Part shown: positions 52,008-63,120 of the stretch, piece after piece
How the letters are laid out: each line of letters begins with the position of its first letter
How positions within the stretch are numbered: position 1 is the first letter of the stretch
Notes under the pieces: generated by a model
Databases searched by the model: none
Seen by the model: the letters and a program-made list of their open reading frames with translations, nothing else
Told to the model about the DNA's origin: nothing
Assembly (NCBI GenBank): GCA_965235115.1
Contig: OZ249450.1
Span: forward strand, 1,984,001-2,048,000
Direction of reading: 5' to 3'
Origin: Laetmonice hystrix
Lineage: Eukaryota
Length of the DNA: 64,000 nt
Position numbers and translations under genes: made by a program

Positions 52008-52179
52008 TTAAGGCAGCGACTGCTCAGTCTGTCCGCGTATATCTGCATCCCTTCCACCATTGTTTAAAAATACTGTTAAAAATGTGGATCTGAATACAAT
52101 TAGCTTCTCCCGTGTCAAATTACATTAGCCTATTTTGTTAAGATACGCTAGTAGTATCGTTCTGATATTTGATCATGAG

Positions 52180-53266
52180 AATCCTGATTTATACATTGTA
52201 ATGCAGAAGTTGATACCCCTACATATGGCAGGATATTTGTGTTAAAGGCTCCCTGTACCTATGGAACTTCCTTATATGGCAGGATATTTGTGTTAGAGGC
52301 TCCCTGTACCTATGGGGACTTCCTCATATGGCAGGATATATGTGTTAGAGGCTCCCTGTACCTATGGGGACTTCCTTATATGGCAGGATATTTGTGTTAG
52401 AGGCTCCCTGTACCTATGGGGACTTCTTTATTTGATATGATAAGCCTGATTCATACATTGTAATGCAGAAGTTGATACCCCTACATATGGCGGGATATTT
52501 GTGTTAAAGGCTCCCTGTACCTATGGGACTTCCTTATATGGCAGGATATTTGTGTTAGAGGCTCCCTGTACCTATGGGGACTTCCTCATATGGCAGGATA
52601 TTTGTGTTAGAGGCTCCCTGTACCTACGGGGACTTCCTCATATGGCAAGATATTTGTGTTAGAGGCTCCCTGTACCTATGGGGACTTCCTCATATGGCAG
52701 GATATTTGTATTAGAGGCTGCCTGTACCTATGGGGACTTCCTTATATGGCAGGATATTTGTGTTAGAGGCTCCCTGTACCTATGGGGACTTCCTTATTTG
52801 ATATGAGAAGCCTGATTCATACATTGTAATGCAGAAGTTGATACCCCTACATATGGCAGGATATTTCTGTTAGAGGCTCCCTGTACAGGTGGGGACTTCC
52901 TTATTTGATATGAGAAGCCTGATTCATACATTGTAATGCAGAAGTTGATACCCCTACATATGGCAGGATATTTGTGTTAGAGGATCCCTGTGCCCATGGG
53001 GACTTCCTTATTTGATATGAGAATCCTGATTCATACATTGTAATGTAGAAGTCGATACCCCTACATATGGCAGGATATTTGTGTTAGAGGTTCCCTGTAC
53101 CTATGAGGACTCCTTATATGGCAGGATATTTGTGTTAGAGGCTCCCTGCACCTATGGGGACTTCCTTATATGGCAGGATATTTGTGTTAGAGGCTCCCTG
53201 TACCTATGGGGACTCCTTATATGGCAGGATATTTGTGTTAGAGGCTCCCTGTACCTATGGGGACGT
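52180..53266. repeat. Compound tandem array of a 52-bp unit interleaved with a ~55-bp unit
   Basis: atatggcaggatatttgtgttagaggctccctgtacctatggggacttcctt alternates irregularly with atttgatatgagaagcctgattcatacattgtaatgcagaagttgatacccctac. Confidence 0.93.
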
Positions 53267-53679
53267 CCTTACATCAGATACGCTGAAACGGGGGGGGGGG
53301 GGTAATGACGTAAACAATGAATCTTAATTTCTATACATCTTTTGAGCCCCTAAAATCTGTTTTTGGGGGAAAATAAAGAGATATTCGGAAAATCATACGG
53401 GAAGGTCAGCGCCCTCTCCCGGTGACGTGTGCATGTCTTGATAGACATTTGATATACACATTAGGGGGCCAATGTGAGTACAATGTGTGCGTAGCATGTG
53501 TAGTACTCATATCACGTATCACAACATGAGGAATTGACCCGTCAGTATGACCTATTGACGCCATCATTATTCTGCTGCAAGTACTTCCTTAACGTCCTTT
53601 CAGACTATAATAAACGTCCGTTGGTGCCGATTAATATGCGCTGTCTGTTTGTAACGGACACAGTTTTCAGGAAGTATCA

Positions 53680-53763
53680 GAGAGATAGAGAGAGAGAGGG
53701 AGGGAGAGAGAGGGGAGAGGGAGAGAGAGGGAGTGAGAGAGAGTGAGGAGGGAGAGAGAGAGA
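53680..53763. repeat. (GA)n-rich microsatellite
   Basis: Polypurine gagagaggg tract. Confidence 0.9.
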
Positions 53764-53808
53764 GCCAACCGGTCATGGAGATTTGGTTAGCTTCAAGATG
53801 ACCTCCAA

Positions 53809-53974
53809 GGCCCCAGTTTCAAGAAAGTGGTTAAGTTAACTAAGTTGGTTAAGATAAATTTTAAGCAGACATTAAGCAATCAGGAAACAGAGATTTAACC
53901 AATTTTGGATAAAGTCAGAGTTACCACGATTTTAACCAACTTAGTTAACTTAGCCACTTTCTTGATTCGGGGCC
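53809..53974. mobile_element. Short MITE, Harbinger-like termini
   Basis: ggcccc.gtttcaagaaagtggttaagttaactaag / cttagttaacttagccactttcttgattcggggcc. Confidence 0.8.
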
Positions 53975-54927
53975 AGGATGTTATTGAGCCTCCATAATTA
54001 TGGCCCCCAGTCAATCCGCACAGGAGATGTGTTGTTTCTCAAACTTACGCACGGTTATTACTTTTCAGTTGTTACTCAGTTTAGCCTCATACGAAAAGTT
54101 TTTTGGAAGATAACTTGAATATCTGAGTCTTCTTAACAATGATCCACTTTAGCGAAAATAATTTTTTCACAAATATCTTTATATTTTTCCACAATTGATA
54201 TAGGCAGACGGAAGTTTGTGCAACATGGATACATATGTATATCATATATAAATCCGTACGCAATACTTCACAAAGGGGGGCTTTCTGGGAAAATGTGGAC
54301 CTGTTTCCACAGCTGACAGAAATCGCCAAGCAAAAACCGGAATGAGGGGGATTCTTCAGGTTTGTACTGAAAGGCTTCCGTAAAAAGGTCCAAAAATGTG
54401 GACCCATAGACTAGTGCCTGATAGTGAAGGCGAATGTAACGTGTTTCCTTGTAATTTGGCGGAACACTTCCTGGGTACACGTTTTCCTGTTTCAATCAGT
54501 GTTTGCTTGTGAGAAGATCTGCCCTGAAGCCATATAATTTCAGAGTTCCCGACTGGGATTATATTCTTGTACGTCAACACACGGGTTCAATATGAAATAC
54601 GGAATGGCCCTGAGGATATGATGTTGATTTGGTAGTGGGTTCATACGACCCGTTCATTTCGTAGTGGGTTCATACGAGCCCTGCTTCTATCTTGAATAAA
54701 CCGGAAATGGTGAGAAAACCATGGTATGAGATGAAAGGAGAAGTCAAGTTACTGCAGACATTCGGCTGCAGTAATTACCTTTAGGGTGCTGAGGTTATAA
54801 GGTTACACCACTGTGCCGAGTATCCACATTATTCTCATAATTTAGGACCAAGTATTTGTAATTGTTCCGATACGGACATCTTAGTATGTCACTGAATTAG
54901 AATTTGTACCCCAAAATTACCTAGGTG

Positions 54928-55170
54928 TGCTCTCCCTCTCCCCCTCTCTCTATCGCTCTCTTTCTCTCTCCCCCCTTCTCCCCCTCTTGCTCTCTCTTCT
55001 CTATCTTTTCTCTCTCCTCTCTCCCTCTATCTCGGTCTCTTTGTCTCTCCTCTGTCTCTACCTCTCCCCTCTCTCTCTCTTTCTCTCTCTCTCTTCCCCC
55101 CTCTCCCCTGCTCCGTCTAGCTGTATTCTCTCGTCCCCTTTCGCGCTATCTCTCTCTTCTCTCTCCTTAT
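54928..55170. repeat. (CT)n-rich polypyrimidine tract
   Basis: ~240 bp, almost entirely C and T. Confidence 0.9.
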
Positions 55171-55289
55171 AGGGCCTATACAGAAAGACACTCTTGCAGA
55201 TTGTAGAGAACTAACTTCCTGTTTGTATTGTATTTCACTGTGGATTTCTTCCTTTTCCGATGTGCGGTATAATTTGGACAATATCGTTC

Positions 55290-56710
55290 GGCAGGAGGCC
55301 TACAGTGGTCTGAGGTACGGTCTCAGTGACCGGGCGGGGCGGGGCGGGGACTGGCTGACGGCCTGGAGTGGACGGTAGGCCGGGAGGTAGGAGGCCGACC
55401 GTGGTCTGAGGTACGGTCTCAGTGACCGGGCGGGGCGGGGACTGGCTGACGGCCTGAAGTGGACGGTAGGCCGGGAGGTGGGAGGCCGACCGTGGTCTGA
55501 GGTACGGTCTCAGTGACTGGGCGGGGCGGGGACTGGCTGACGGCCTGGAGTGGACGGTAGGCCGGGAGGTAGGAGGCTGACCGTGGTCTGAGGTACGGTC
55601 TCAGTGACTGGGCGGGGCGGGGACGGCCTGGGCCCGGTTTTTTTGTTTACTTTTTGTGAGCTGAGCAGCACTTTTCGTGAGCTGAGCAGCATTTTCGTGA
55701 GCTGACTCAGGCTGAGCACAGCGCGCCGGTTTTTTTGTTTTTGTGAGCAGCACTTTTCGTGAGATTTGCTCACGAAATTTCCGTGAGACGTGAGCAAGCT
55801 AAGGAGGATGCTCACGGTGTCGTGAGCCAAGCGTGAGCAAGGGAGAATTTCACTCAAATTTACATAAATTTTGTCTTCCTTTCTTTTACTTATTTTGACC
55901 ACGGGGAGCAGAATGTTGTTTTCCATAAGCCTGCATATAACGTTTCTGAATTTAAAAAGGATTTTGAGCGCAGCCTGTCGCTGAAAATACTCTGACAGTG
56001 TCCACTCTGTCCCATGGCAGGGTCACACCGCGGCCACAGGCACAGCTGTTATTGTGACGTTAGAAATGAGGCCCTACTGTTCAAGTCTATGATAGTTCCA
56101 AAAGTACTGTGACGTCACCGTCTCTGAGTGATGACAATAGACTGTTCCGTCATATCCTTGGTTACGGTGTCTTGCTCACCGTGAGCAAGTGCTCACATGA
56201 GCAGCTGCTCAGATTAAACAAAAAAAAACGAATAGCTGCTCACGGTGAGCACTGCTCACGTGAGCAGTAAAATGCTGCTCAGCTCACAACTTCTCAGCTC
56301 ACGGTAAGCACAAAACAAAAAAACCGGGCCCAGGAGTGGACGGTAGGCCGGGAGGTAGGAGGCTGACCGTGGTCTGAGGTACGGTCTCAGTGACTGGGCG
56401 GGGCGGGGACGGCCTGGAGTGGACGGTAGGCCGGGAGGTAGGAGGCCTACCGTGGTCTGAGGTACGGTCTCAGTGACCGGGCGGGGCGGGGACTGGCTGG
56501 CGGCCTGGAGTGGACGGTAGGCCGGGTGGTAGGAGGCTGACCGTGGTCTGAGGTACGGTCTCAGTGACCGGGCGGGGCGGGGACTGGCTGACGGCCTGGA
56601 GTGGACGGTAGGCCGGGAGGTAGGAGGCTGACCGTGGTCTGAGGTACGGTCTCAGTGACCGGGCGGGGCGGGGACTGGCTGACGGCCTGGAGTGGAGTGG
56701 TAGGCCGGGA
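55290..56710. repeat. GC-rich minisatellite, ~91-bp unit, split by a MITE
   Basis: cgtggtctgaggtacggtctcagtgaccgggcggggcggggactggctgacggcctggagtggacggtaggccgggaggtaggaggctgac repeated on both sides of the insertion. Confidence 0.95.
55631..56330. mobile_element. 700-bp Harbinger-like MITE
   Basis: cCTG|ggcccggttttttt ... aaaaaaccgggcc|CAGg. Empty site ggcCTGgagtgg in sibling units. Many gctca/tgagc subterminal motifs. Confidence 0.9.
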
Positions 56711-56994
56711 GAACTATTATAGGAGGCCTAACAGAAGAAGACGTAAATATAGGCCTGGTATAGGAGGCCTAACGTTGGCCTCATCGAACCTCCATCAGTA
56801 TAAATCATAAGTGAGGAGGGGCTGATACCGCAAATATATCAAGTCAAAAACACGAAAGCATGATATTTGAACAGGAATAAGGTTTCAATGTATCATTTTC
56901 CCATTGAGCCAAAATCTCTCTGAAATCACAACTCCATTGCACTTCGACGATTCGGTGCTGTCAAAACGAAATAATCATTATGATGACTCGATTT

Positions 56995-57030
56995 TTCTTC
57001 TTCTTCTTCTTCTTCTTCTTCTTCTTCTTC
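56995..57030. repeat. (CTT)n microsatellite
   Basis: About 11 cttctt-type triplets. Confidence 0.95.
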
Positions 57031-57543
57031 TGTCACGCACGAGACATTCGGTAATTTTGCCAAGATTGTCAGATAATTTTCATTTTCAGAATTCCGGCTG
57101 GAGGTATAGCCTGGGATGTGCTACAAAAATCACATCTGTTCTGTCGGAACTATCCGACGTTATTTGAGACAGCCGCCAGGAGATGTTTCTGTCCCGATGA
57201 ATATGTATCTTCGAAATCACTCATCTTGCTATGCCACTCACGTAAAAGCATCCGGGATTTCGGACGTTTGTCTGATTTGGCAGCACATTACAGAAGGTTT
57301 TATCCTTTAAATGGTGAAAATCTGAGCGGAAAGACCGACGTACTGTTCTACTCATTAAACTAAAGGGACTTTGTGTAGCGATAGGCGTCATTGCAATAGG
57401 TACTTAGGAGACAGGCAAGACAATGACGGCGAGGGGAGGGTTATTTCTCCGGGAAGATGGCAGTCGCATTGTTCATATCATTCGCAGTAATCTTCGCTAA
57501 TCACTTGAAAGGCGTTTTCTCCTATTTCGAGTCGTTTTGGTGG

Positions 57544-57716
57544 CCAAAACTACGTCCTTTATGACAGAGGAGTGGTAGTTAGCATGGATACGTCCAGAAC
57601 TACGTCCTTTATGACAGGGGAGTGGTAGTTAGCATGGATACATCCAGAACTACGTCCTTTATGACAGAGGAGTGGCAGTTAGCATGGATACGTCCAGAAC
57701 TACGTCCTTTATGACA
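57544..57716. repeat. 50-bp tandem repeat, ~3.4 copies
   Basis: tacgtccttt at 57551, 57601, 57651 and 57701. Confidence 0.95.
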
Positions 57717-57739
57717 GTACAACAGTACAAAATACAACA

Positions 57740-58290
57740 GTACAAAGCATGCACTCGCCGCGGCAAGAACTGCAACAGTACAAAGAATACAGTCGGTGCG
57801 GCAAGAAGTACAACAGTAGGCCTACAAAGCATGTAGTCACCGCGGCAAGAAGTACAGCAGTACAAAGCATACAGTCGCCGCGGCAAGAAGTACAGCAGTA
57901 CAAAGCATACAGTCGCCGCGGCAAGAAGTACAGCAGTACAAAGCATACAGTCGCCGCGGCAAGAAGTACAGCAGTACAAAGCATACAGTCGCCGCGGCAA
58001 GAAGTACAGCAGTACAAAGCATACAGTCGCCGCGGCAAGAAGTACAGCAGTACAAAGCATACAGTCGCCGCGGCAAGAAGTACAGCAGTACAAAGCATAC
58101 AGTCGCCGCGGCAAGAAGTACAGCAGTACAAAGCATACAGTCGCCGCGGCAAGAAGTACAGCAGTACAAAGCATACAGTCGCCGCGGCAAGAAGTACAGC
58201 AGTACAAAGCATACAGTCGCCGCGGCAAGAAGTACAACGGTACAAAGCTCGCCGCGGCAAGAAGTACAACGGTACCAAGTACAGCAGTAC
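57740..58290. repeat. Minisatellite, 38-bp unit, ~14 copies
   Basis: gccgcggcaagaagtacagcagtacaaagcatacagtc repeated. Confidence 0.96.
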
Positions 58291-59719
58291 GGCAAGAACT
58301 CCTCCGTTGTATTAGTATTAGACTGTGGTAAGCACAACTCTTCCACCCGCCGTGTGGTACTTACTCATAAGGTTCATGCTGTCCGGAAACAGTGCTTCAC
58401 GTACCTCTATGCTTCACTATATGAAACTGATATTAAATGTATGATTCTTGCCATCCTGAGAACGGATCGAAGTACGATACCGGAGAATATCAGGTCCAGA
58501 TCGTGTGCCGGGCGTAACGTTGTCATGTATTATATATTCTACATGGACACGCACACACCCATGTGCGTATTATTATAAATCTGTTTGTTGCGTGCAAGTG
58601 TGTAAAGCTAAGTTTTTTATTATCTTCCTTTTTATGTGTTGCTGATTCGGGAAGGGCGTTCCATCATTTGACATCCCAGATTGAGAAAGCTGTCTCAAAC
58701 AGTATGTCTATGAAGTATAATGAATCATAGCGTATCCATGAATAACTCCGTCAGAGAAGAACCCGTCTCCATGACATTGCTCATCCCAAGGTCATTCATA
58801 GAGTGATGGATTTGCCAGTGCCAGAAGGTACGGTGGCCCAAAAGTACCGCCTCTTAGGTGGCGAAAGTTTGACATCTTGTTTTCCTGGGGTCGGTTTACA
58901 ACTACTGAGGGCAGAGCTGTGTCACTGTAATGGTCCCGGCAGATCCATAGTTTTGTTTGTGGTATTTGGTTGTTTGTGTGTTTTTTGTTTATTTGTTTGT
59001 TTGTTTGTTTTGTATTACTTGAGGACTCGATAGATCCACCGTCGGTGTGACTCCCCTGAGTATGAATGGGTTCCTGGTCGAAGGAAGTTGTGTCAGACAA
59101 ACAACAAGAAGATGCTGTGATTATACAATCCAGCTCGTTTCTGTCATTCTGTCATCCAGTAACAGATGGACTGGAATAGGTTGATAATGTACTTATCGTC
59201 CACCGTCGCTGATAGAGGTTGCTGCAGGTGATGTGTAATGAGGCGGCTATGGCCTCCGCCTCGTTGGCTTACCAACTGATGACCAGAGGTCGCCCATAGC
59301 GCCGGAGGTCACCTTCACCGTACAGTTCTAGCAGCAAGTTATTCCCAGGCTGACAACGTGCAGAAAGTGAACGGCACAGCAGGCCTTAAGCCTAAAGAAT
59401 GCCATTTAACAACCTCTGTCTGTCCTTCAATGGCGATGGTCTTGTCATGAATTAAATTTGCACACGCTTATACAATTACATTCCCTGGAGAGGGAGCTAC
59501 CCTTACATTATGCAAGCAAATTAAAGGAAATAAGAGTGAATTCAGCCTCTGAACAAAAAGTCGTTTTTTGTTCGAGGTAAATTGGAGCATCAGCAGCTTA
59601 AGAATCATTGTTCCCAGAAACAGGACACGCTAAATCCGGTTTATTGTGTGTCGGGAGGAGTGGGATCCGTTCGGAATATATTCAATCAACACGGGCTCTA
59701 TGCTCTAGCATCTTCCGGT

Positions 59720-59918
59720 NNNNNNNNNNNNNNNNNNNNNNNNNNNNNNNNNNNNNNNNNNNNNNNNNNNNNNNNNNNNNNNNNNNNNNNNNNNNNNNNN
59801 NNNNNNNNNNNNNNNNNNNNNNNNNNNNNNNNNNNNNNNNNNNNNNNNNNNNNNNNNNNNNNNNNNNNNNNNNNNNNNNNNNNNNNNNNNNNNNNNNNNN
59901 NNNNNNNNNNNNNNNNNN
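59720..59918. other. Assembly gap (199 N)
   Basis: Run of N. Linkage across it is by scaffolding only. Confidence 1.
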
Positions 59919-61197
59919 AGACATTTACAAACAGAGAGAAATGGTTCTAGCTGGTCCACGCTGTCCAAGTCTACGGTCAATAATGATGTCCCACCTGAGG
60001 CATTCCTGGGGCACTATAGGTGTGACCTTTCCACACGTCGTCCCGGTAACCCCCCCCCCCCCCTGCACCATCCTCCTTACTACGGCAGGCTCAAGGTAAC
60101 ATCACCCAGACCTGGTCATACATTCACGTATAGCCGGCTCTTGGAGTCTCTGACACATTCTGTTAAAATATCCTACAACTTTTGTGGACGCCCTGGTCCC
60201 CTAACTTTGCCCGCAAATTTCACAAGGAAATACACCCAAAATGAAGCAATTAGTAACGCCATTCTATAGTTAAAGTGCTACAGACATCACATAGGCACCT
60301 GTCTGATCTAGATAGATCACTGTGAGTTGTAGACGTATCCGGGATAGGTTTTTCTGATAAATTCTCTCAGAAAGTAACATTTGTAAAAATATTGACAATT
60401 TGAATCACGCGCCACATCGCAGTCTCGCTCCCGACTGCCCGAAAACCGGAAGTGACGTGTGCACGGGAATTGGTCATTTTGATAACGGATTACAGACAGT
60501 TCACGTTGTTGTACAACAACCGTTCCTTTACCCAACAACGACAAATTACAAGTATTATCGGGATCTGGTACAAAATTTCATGTTAATAATTGTGATGTAT
60601 GTAGCACTTTAAGGACCCAAAGTGTAATATGAAATGAAATGAAATATAGAATGCCGTTTTTCGATTTCGAGGTTTGCCTTAACTTTAGTGTCTAAATTGT
60701 AGCTCTTCCGCAGTGGACATGTACTTAAAGGTCGTGAATCCGTTGTAATATGCTGTCGCTACAATCACAGCGGGTAACCAACACAAGCTGTGGATTGAGA
60801 TGAATAGAGGCAGCCATCCCTGGATCACAAAGTGTGCTTTCAACCGAATAGTACTGTCGTTATCACCACAATCTAGGCTGGAAACACTAGTAAACTGTTC
60901 AACCCCTTCAATCCGTTCCGTGTCCGGGGATGAGAGGGGATTGGAGCTGTTTTTCATGGAGAGCCACCGACCGGTAATAGTCTCTCGTGTTACCCGCTGT
61001 GTTGATGGGGCTAACTCGCCATCCCTCTGCAGCCAATTGTTCCATTAGCGAGAATTACGTTATCGGAAAGGCACGATCCTTTGGGAGGATCCACTGCCAC
61101 AGTTGTTTCATTCACAGTTCTAATCAGCCGCATGCAATATTTACTTGAAAACTATTTTTATAAAATGTATCTTACAAAGGACTAGTTGTCGTATCAG

Positions 61198-63114
61198 TTT
61201 ACATGTACATCGGTATCTGAGTTTACGTGTCGGTATCCTGAGTTTACATGTCACTATCCTGAGTTTACGTGTCGCTATCCTGAGTTTACGTGTCGCTATC
61301 CTGAGTTTACATGTCGCTATCCTGAGTTTACATGTCGGTATCCTGAGTTTACGTGTCGGTATCCCGAGTTTACGTGTCGATATCCTGAGTTTACGTGTCG
61401 GTATCCTGAGTTTACGTGTCGCTATCCTGAGTTTACATGTCGCTATCCTGAGTTGACATATCGCTATCCTGAGTTTACGTGTCGGTATCCTGACTTGACA
61501 TGTCGCTATCCTGAGTTTACGTGTCGGTATCCTGAGTTTACATGTCGCTATCCTGAGTTTACGTGTCGCTATCCTGAGTTTACGTGTCGGTATCCTGAGT
61601 TTACGTGTCGCCATCCTGAGTTTACATGTCGGTATCCTGAGTTTACATGTCGCTATCCTGAGTTTACATGTCGCTATCCTGAGTTTACGTGTCGGTATCC
61701 CGAGTTTACGTGTCGGTATCCTGAGTTTACGTGTCGCTATCCTGAGTTTACATGTCGGTATCCTGAGTTTACATGTCGGTATCCTGAGTTTACCTGTCGC
61801 TATCCTGAGTTTACATGGCGGTATCCTGAGTTTACATGTCACTATCCTGAGTTTACGTGTCGGTATCCTGAGTTTACATGTCGGTATCCTGAGTTTACAT
61901 GTCGCTATCCTGAGTTTACGTGTCGGTATCCTGAGTTTACATGTCGCTATCCTGAGTTTACATGTCGGTATCCTCAGTTTACGTGTCGCTATCCTGAGTT
62001 TACGTGTCGCTATCCTGAGTTTACATGTCGGTATCCTGAGTTTACCTGTCGGTATCCTGAGTTTACGTGTCGCTATCCTGAGTTTACGTGTCGGTATCCT
62101 GAGTTTACATGTCGCTATCCTGAGTTTACATGTCGGTATCCTGAGTTTACATGTCGCTATCCTGAGTTTACATGTCGGTATCCTGAGTTTACATGTCGCT
62201 ATCCTGAGTTTACGTGTCGGTATCCTGAGTTTACGTCTCGCTATCCTGAGTTTACATGTCGGTCTCCTGAGTTTACATGTCGGTATCCTGAGTTTACATG
62301 TCACTATCCTGAGTTTACGTGTCGGTATCCTGAGTTTACATGTCGCTATCCTGAGTTTACATGTCGCTATCCTGAGTTTACATGTCGCTATCCTGAGTTT
62401 ACATGGCGGTATCCTGAGTTTACATGTCGCTATCCTGAGTTTACGTGTCGGTATCCTGAGTTTACATGTCGCTATCCTGAGTTTACATGTCGCTATCCTG
62501 AGTTTACATGTCGGTATCCTGAGTTTACGTGTCGCTATCCTGAGTTTACGTGTCGGTATCCTGAGTTTACATGTCGGTATCCTGAGTTTACATGTCGCTA
62601 TCCTGAGTTTACATGTCGCTATCCAGAGTTTACATGTCGGTATCCAGAGTTTACGTGTCGGTATCCTGAGTTTACGTGTCGGTATCCTGAGTTTACATGT
62701 CGCTATCCTGAGTTTACATGTCGCTATTCTGAGTTTACATGTCGGTATCCTGAGTTTACATGTCGCTATCCTGAGTTTACATGTCGCTATCCTGAGTTTA
62801 CATGTCGGTATCCTGAGTTTACATGTCGGTATCCTGAGTTTACATGTCGCTATCCTGAGTTTACGTGTCGGTATCCTGAGTTTACATGTCGCTATCCTGA
62901 GTTTACATGTCGCTATCCTGAGTTTACTTGTCGCTATCCTGAGTTTACGTGTCGGTATCCTGAGTTTACATGTCGCTATCCTGAGTTTACATGTCGGTAT
63001 CCTGAGTTTACATGTCGCTATCCTGAGTTTACTTGTCGCTATCCTGAGTTTACGTGTTGCTATCCTGAGTTTACATGTCCCTATCCTGAGCTTACATGTA
63101 CATCGCTATCCTGA
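61198..63114 (+). CDS. Candidate repetitive Cys/Tyr-rich coding exon (YPEFTCR)n
   Basis: Uninterrupted frame over ~90 units. The common unit variants ACA/ACG and CGC/CGG are synonymous only in this frame. In-frame AG at 61196-61197. No ATG inside. Confidence 0.35.
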   Translation, partial: FTCTSVSEFTCRYPEFTCHYPEFTCRYPEFTCRYPEFTCRYPEFTCRYPEFTCRYPEFTCRYPEFTCRYPEFTCRYPEFTCRYPELTYRYPEFTCRYPDLTCRYPEFTCRYPEFTCRYPEFTCRYPEFTCRYPEFTCRHPEFTCRYPEFTCRYPEFTCRYPEFTCRYPEFTCRYPEFTCRYPEFTCRYPEFTCRYPEFTCRYPEFTWRYPEFTCHYPEFTCRYPEFTCRYPEFTCRYPEFTCRYPEFTCRYPEFTCRYPQFTCRYPEFTCRYPEFTCRYPEFTCRYPEFTCRYPEFTCRYPEFTCRYPEFTCRYPEFTCRYPEFTCRYPEFTCRYPEFTCRYPEFTSRYPEFTCRSPEFTCRYPEFTCHYPEFTCRYPEFTCRYPEFTCRYPEFTCRYPEFTWRYPEFTCRYPEFTCRYPEFTCRYPEFTCRYPEFTCRYPEFTCRYPEFTCRYPEFTCRYPEFTCRYPEFTCRYPEFTCRYPEFTCRYPEFTCRYPEFTCRYPEFTCRYSEFTCRYPEFTCRYPEFTCRYPEFTCRYPEFTCRYPEFTCRYPEFTCRYPEFTCRYPEFTCRYPEFTCRYPEFTCRYPEFTCRYPEFTCRYPEFTCRYPEFTCRYPEFTCCYPEFTCPYPELTCTSLS

Positions 63115-63120
63115 GCTTTA
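61198..63120. repeat. Minisatellite, 21-bp unit, ~90 copies, no indels in the body
   Basis: tatcctgagtttacRtgtcgS repeated. Confidence 0.98.

Noticed and set aside
57659-58346. Cys-rich ORFs (LYCCTSCRGDC) suggesting a metallothionein-like protein
   Set aside because: A 38-bp unit open in all three minus frames, which is a repeat artefact.
59582-60099. ORFs crossing the N run
   Set aside because: Open only because of undetermined bases.
60685-60860. CWLP motif suggesting a GPCR helix
   Set aside because: A single short motif with no other transmembrane segments or compatible exons found.
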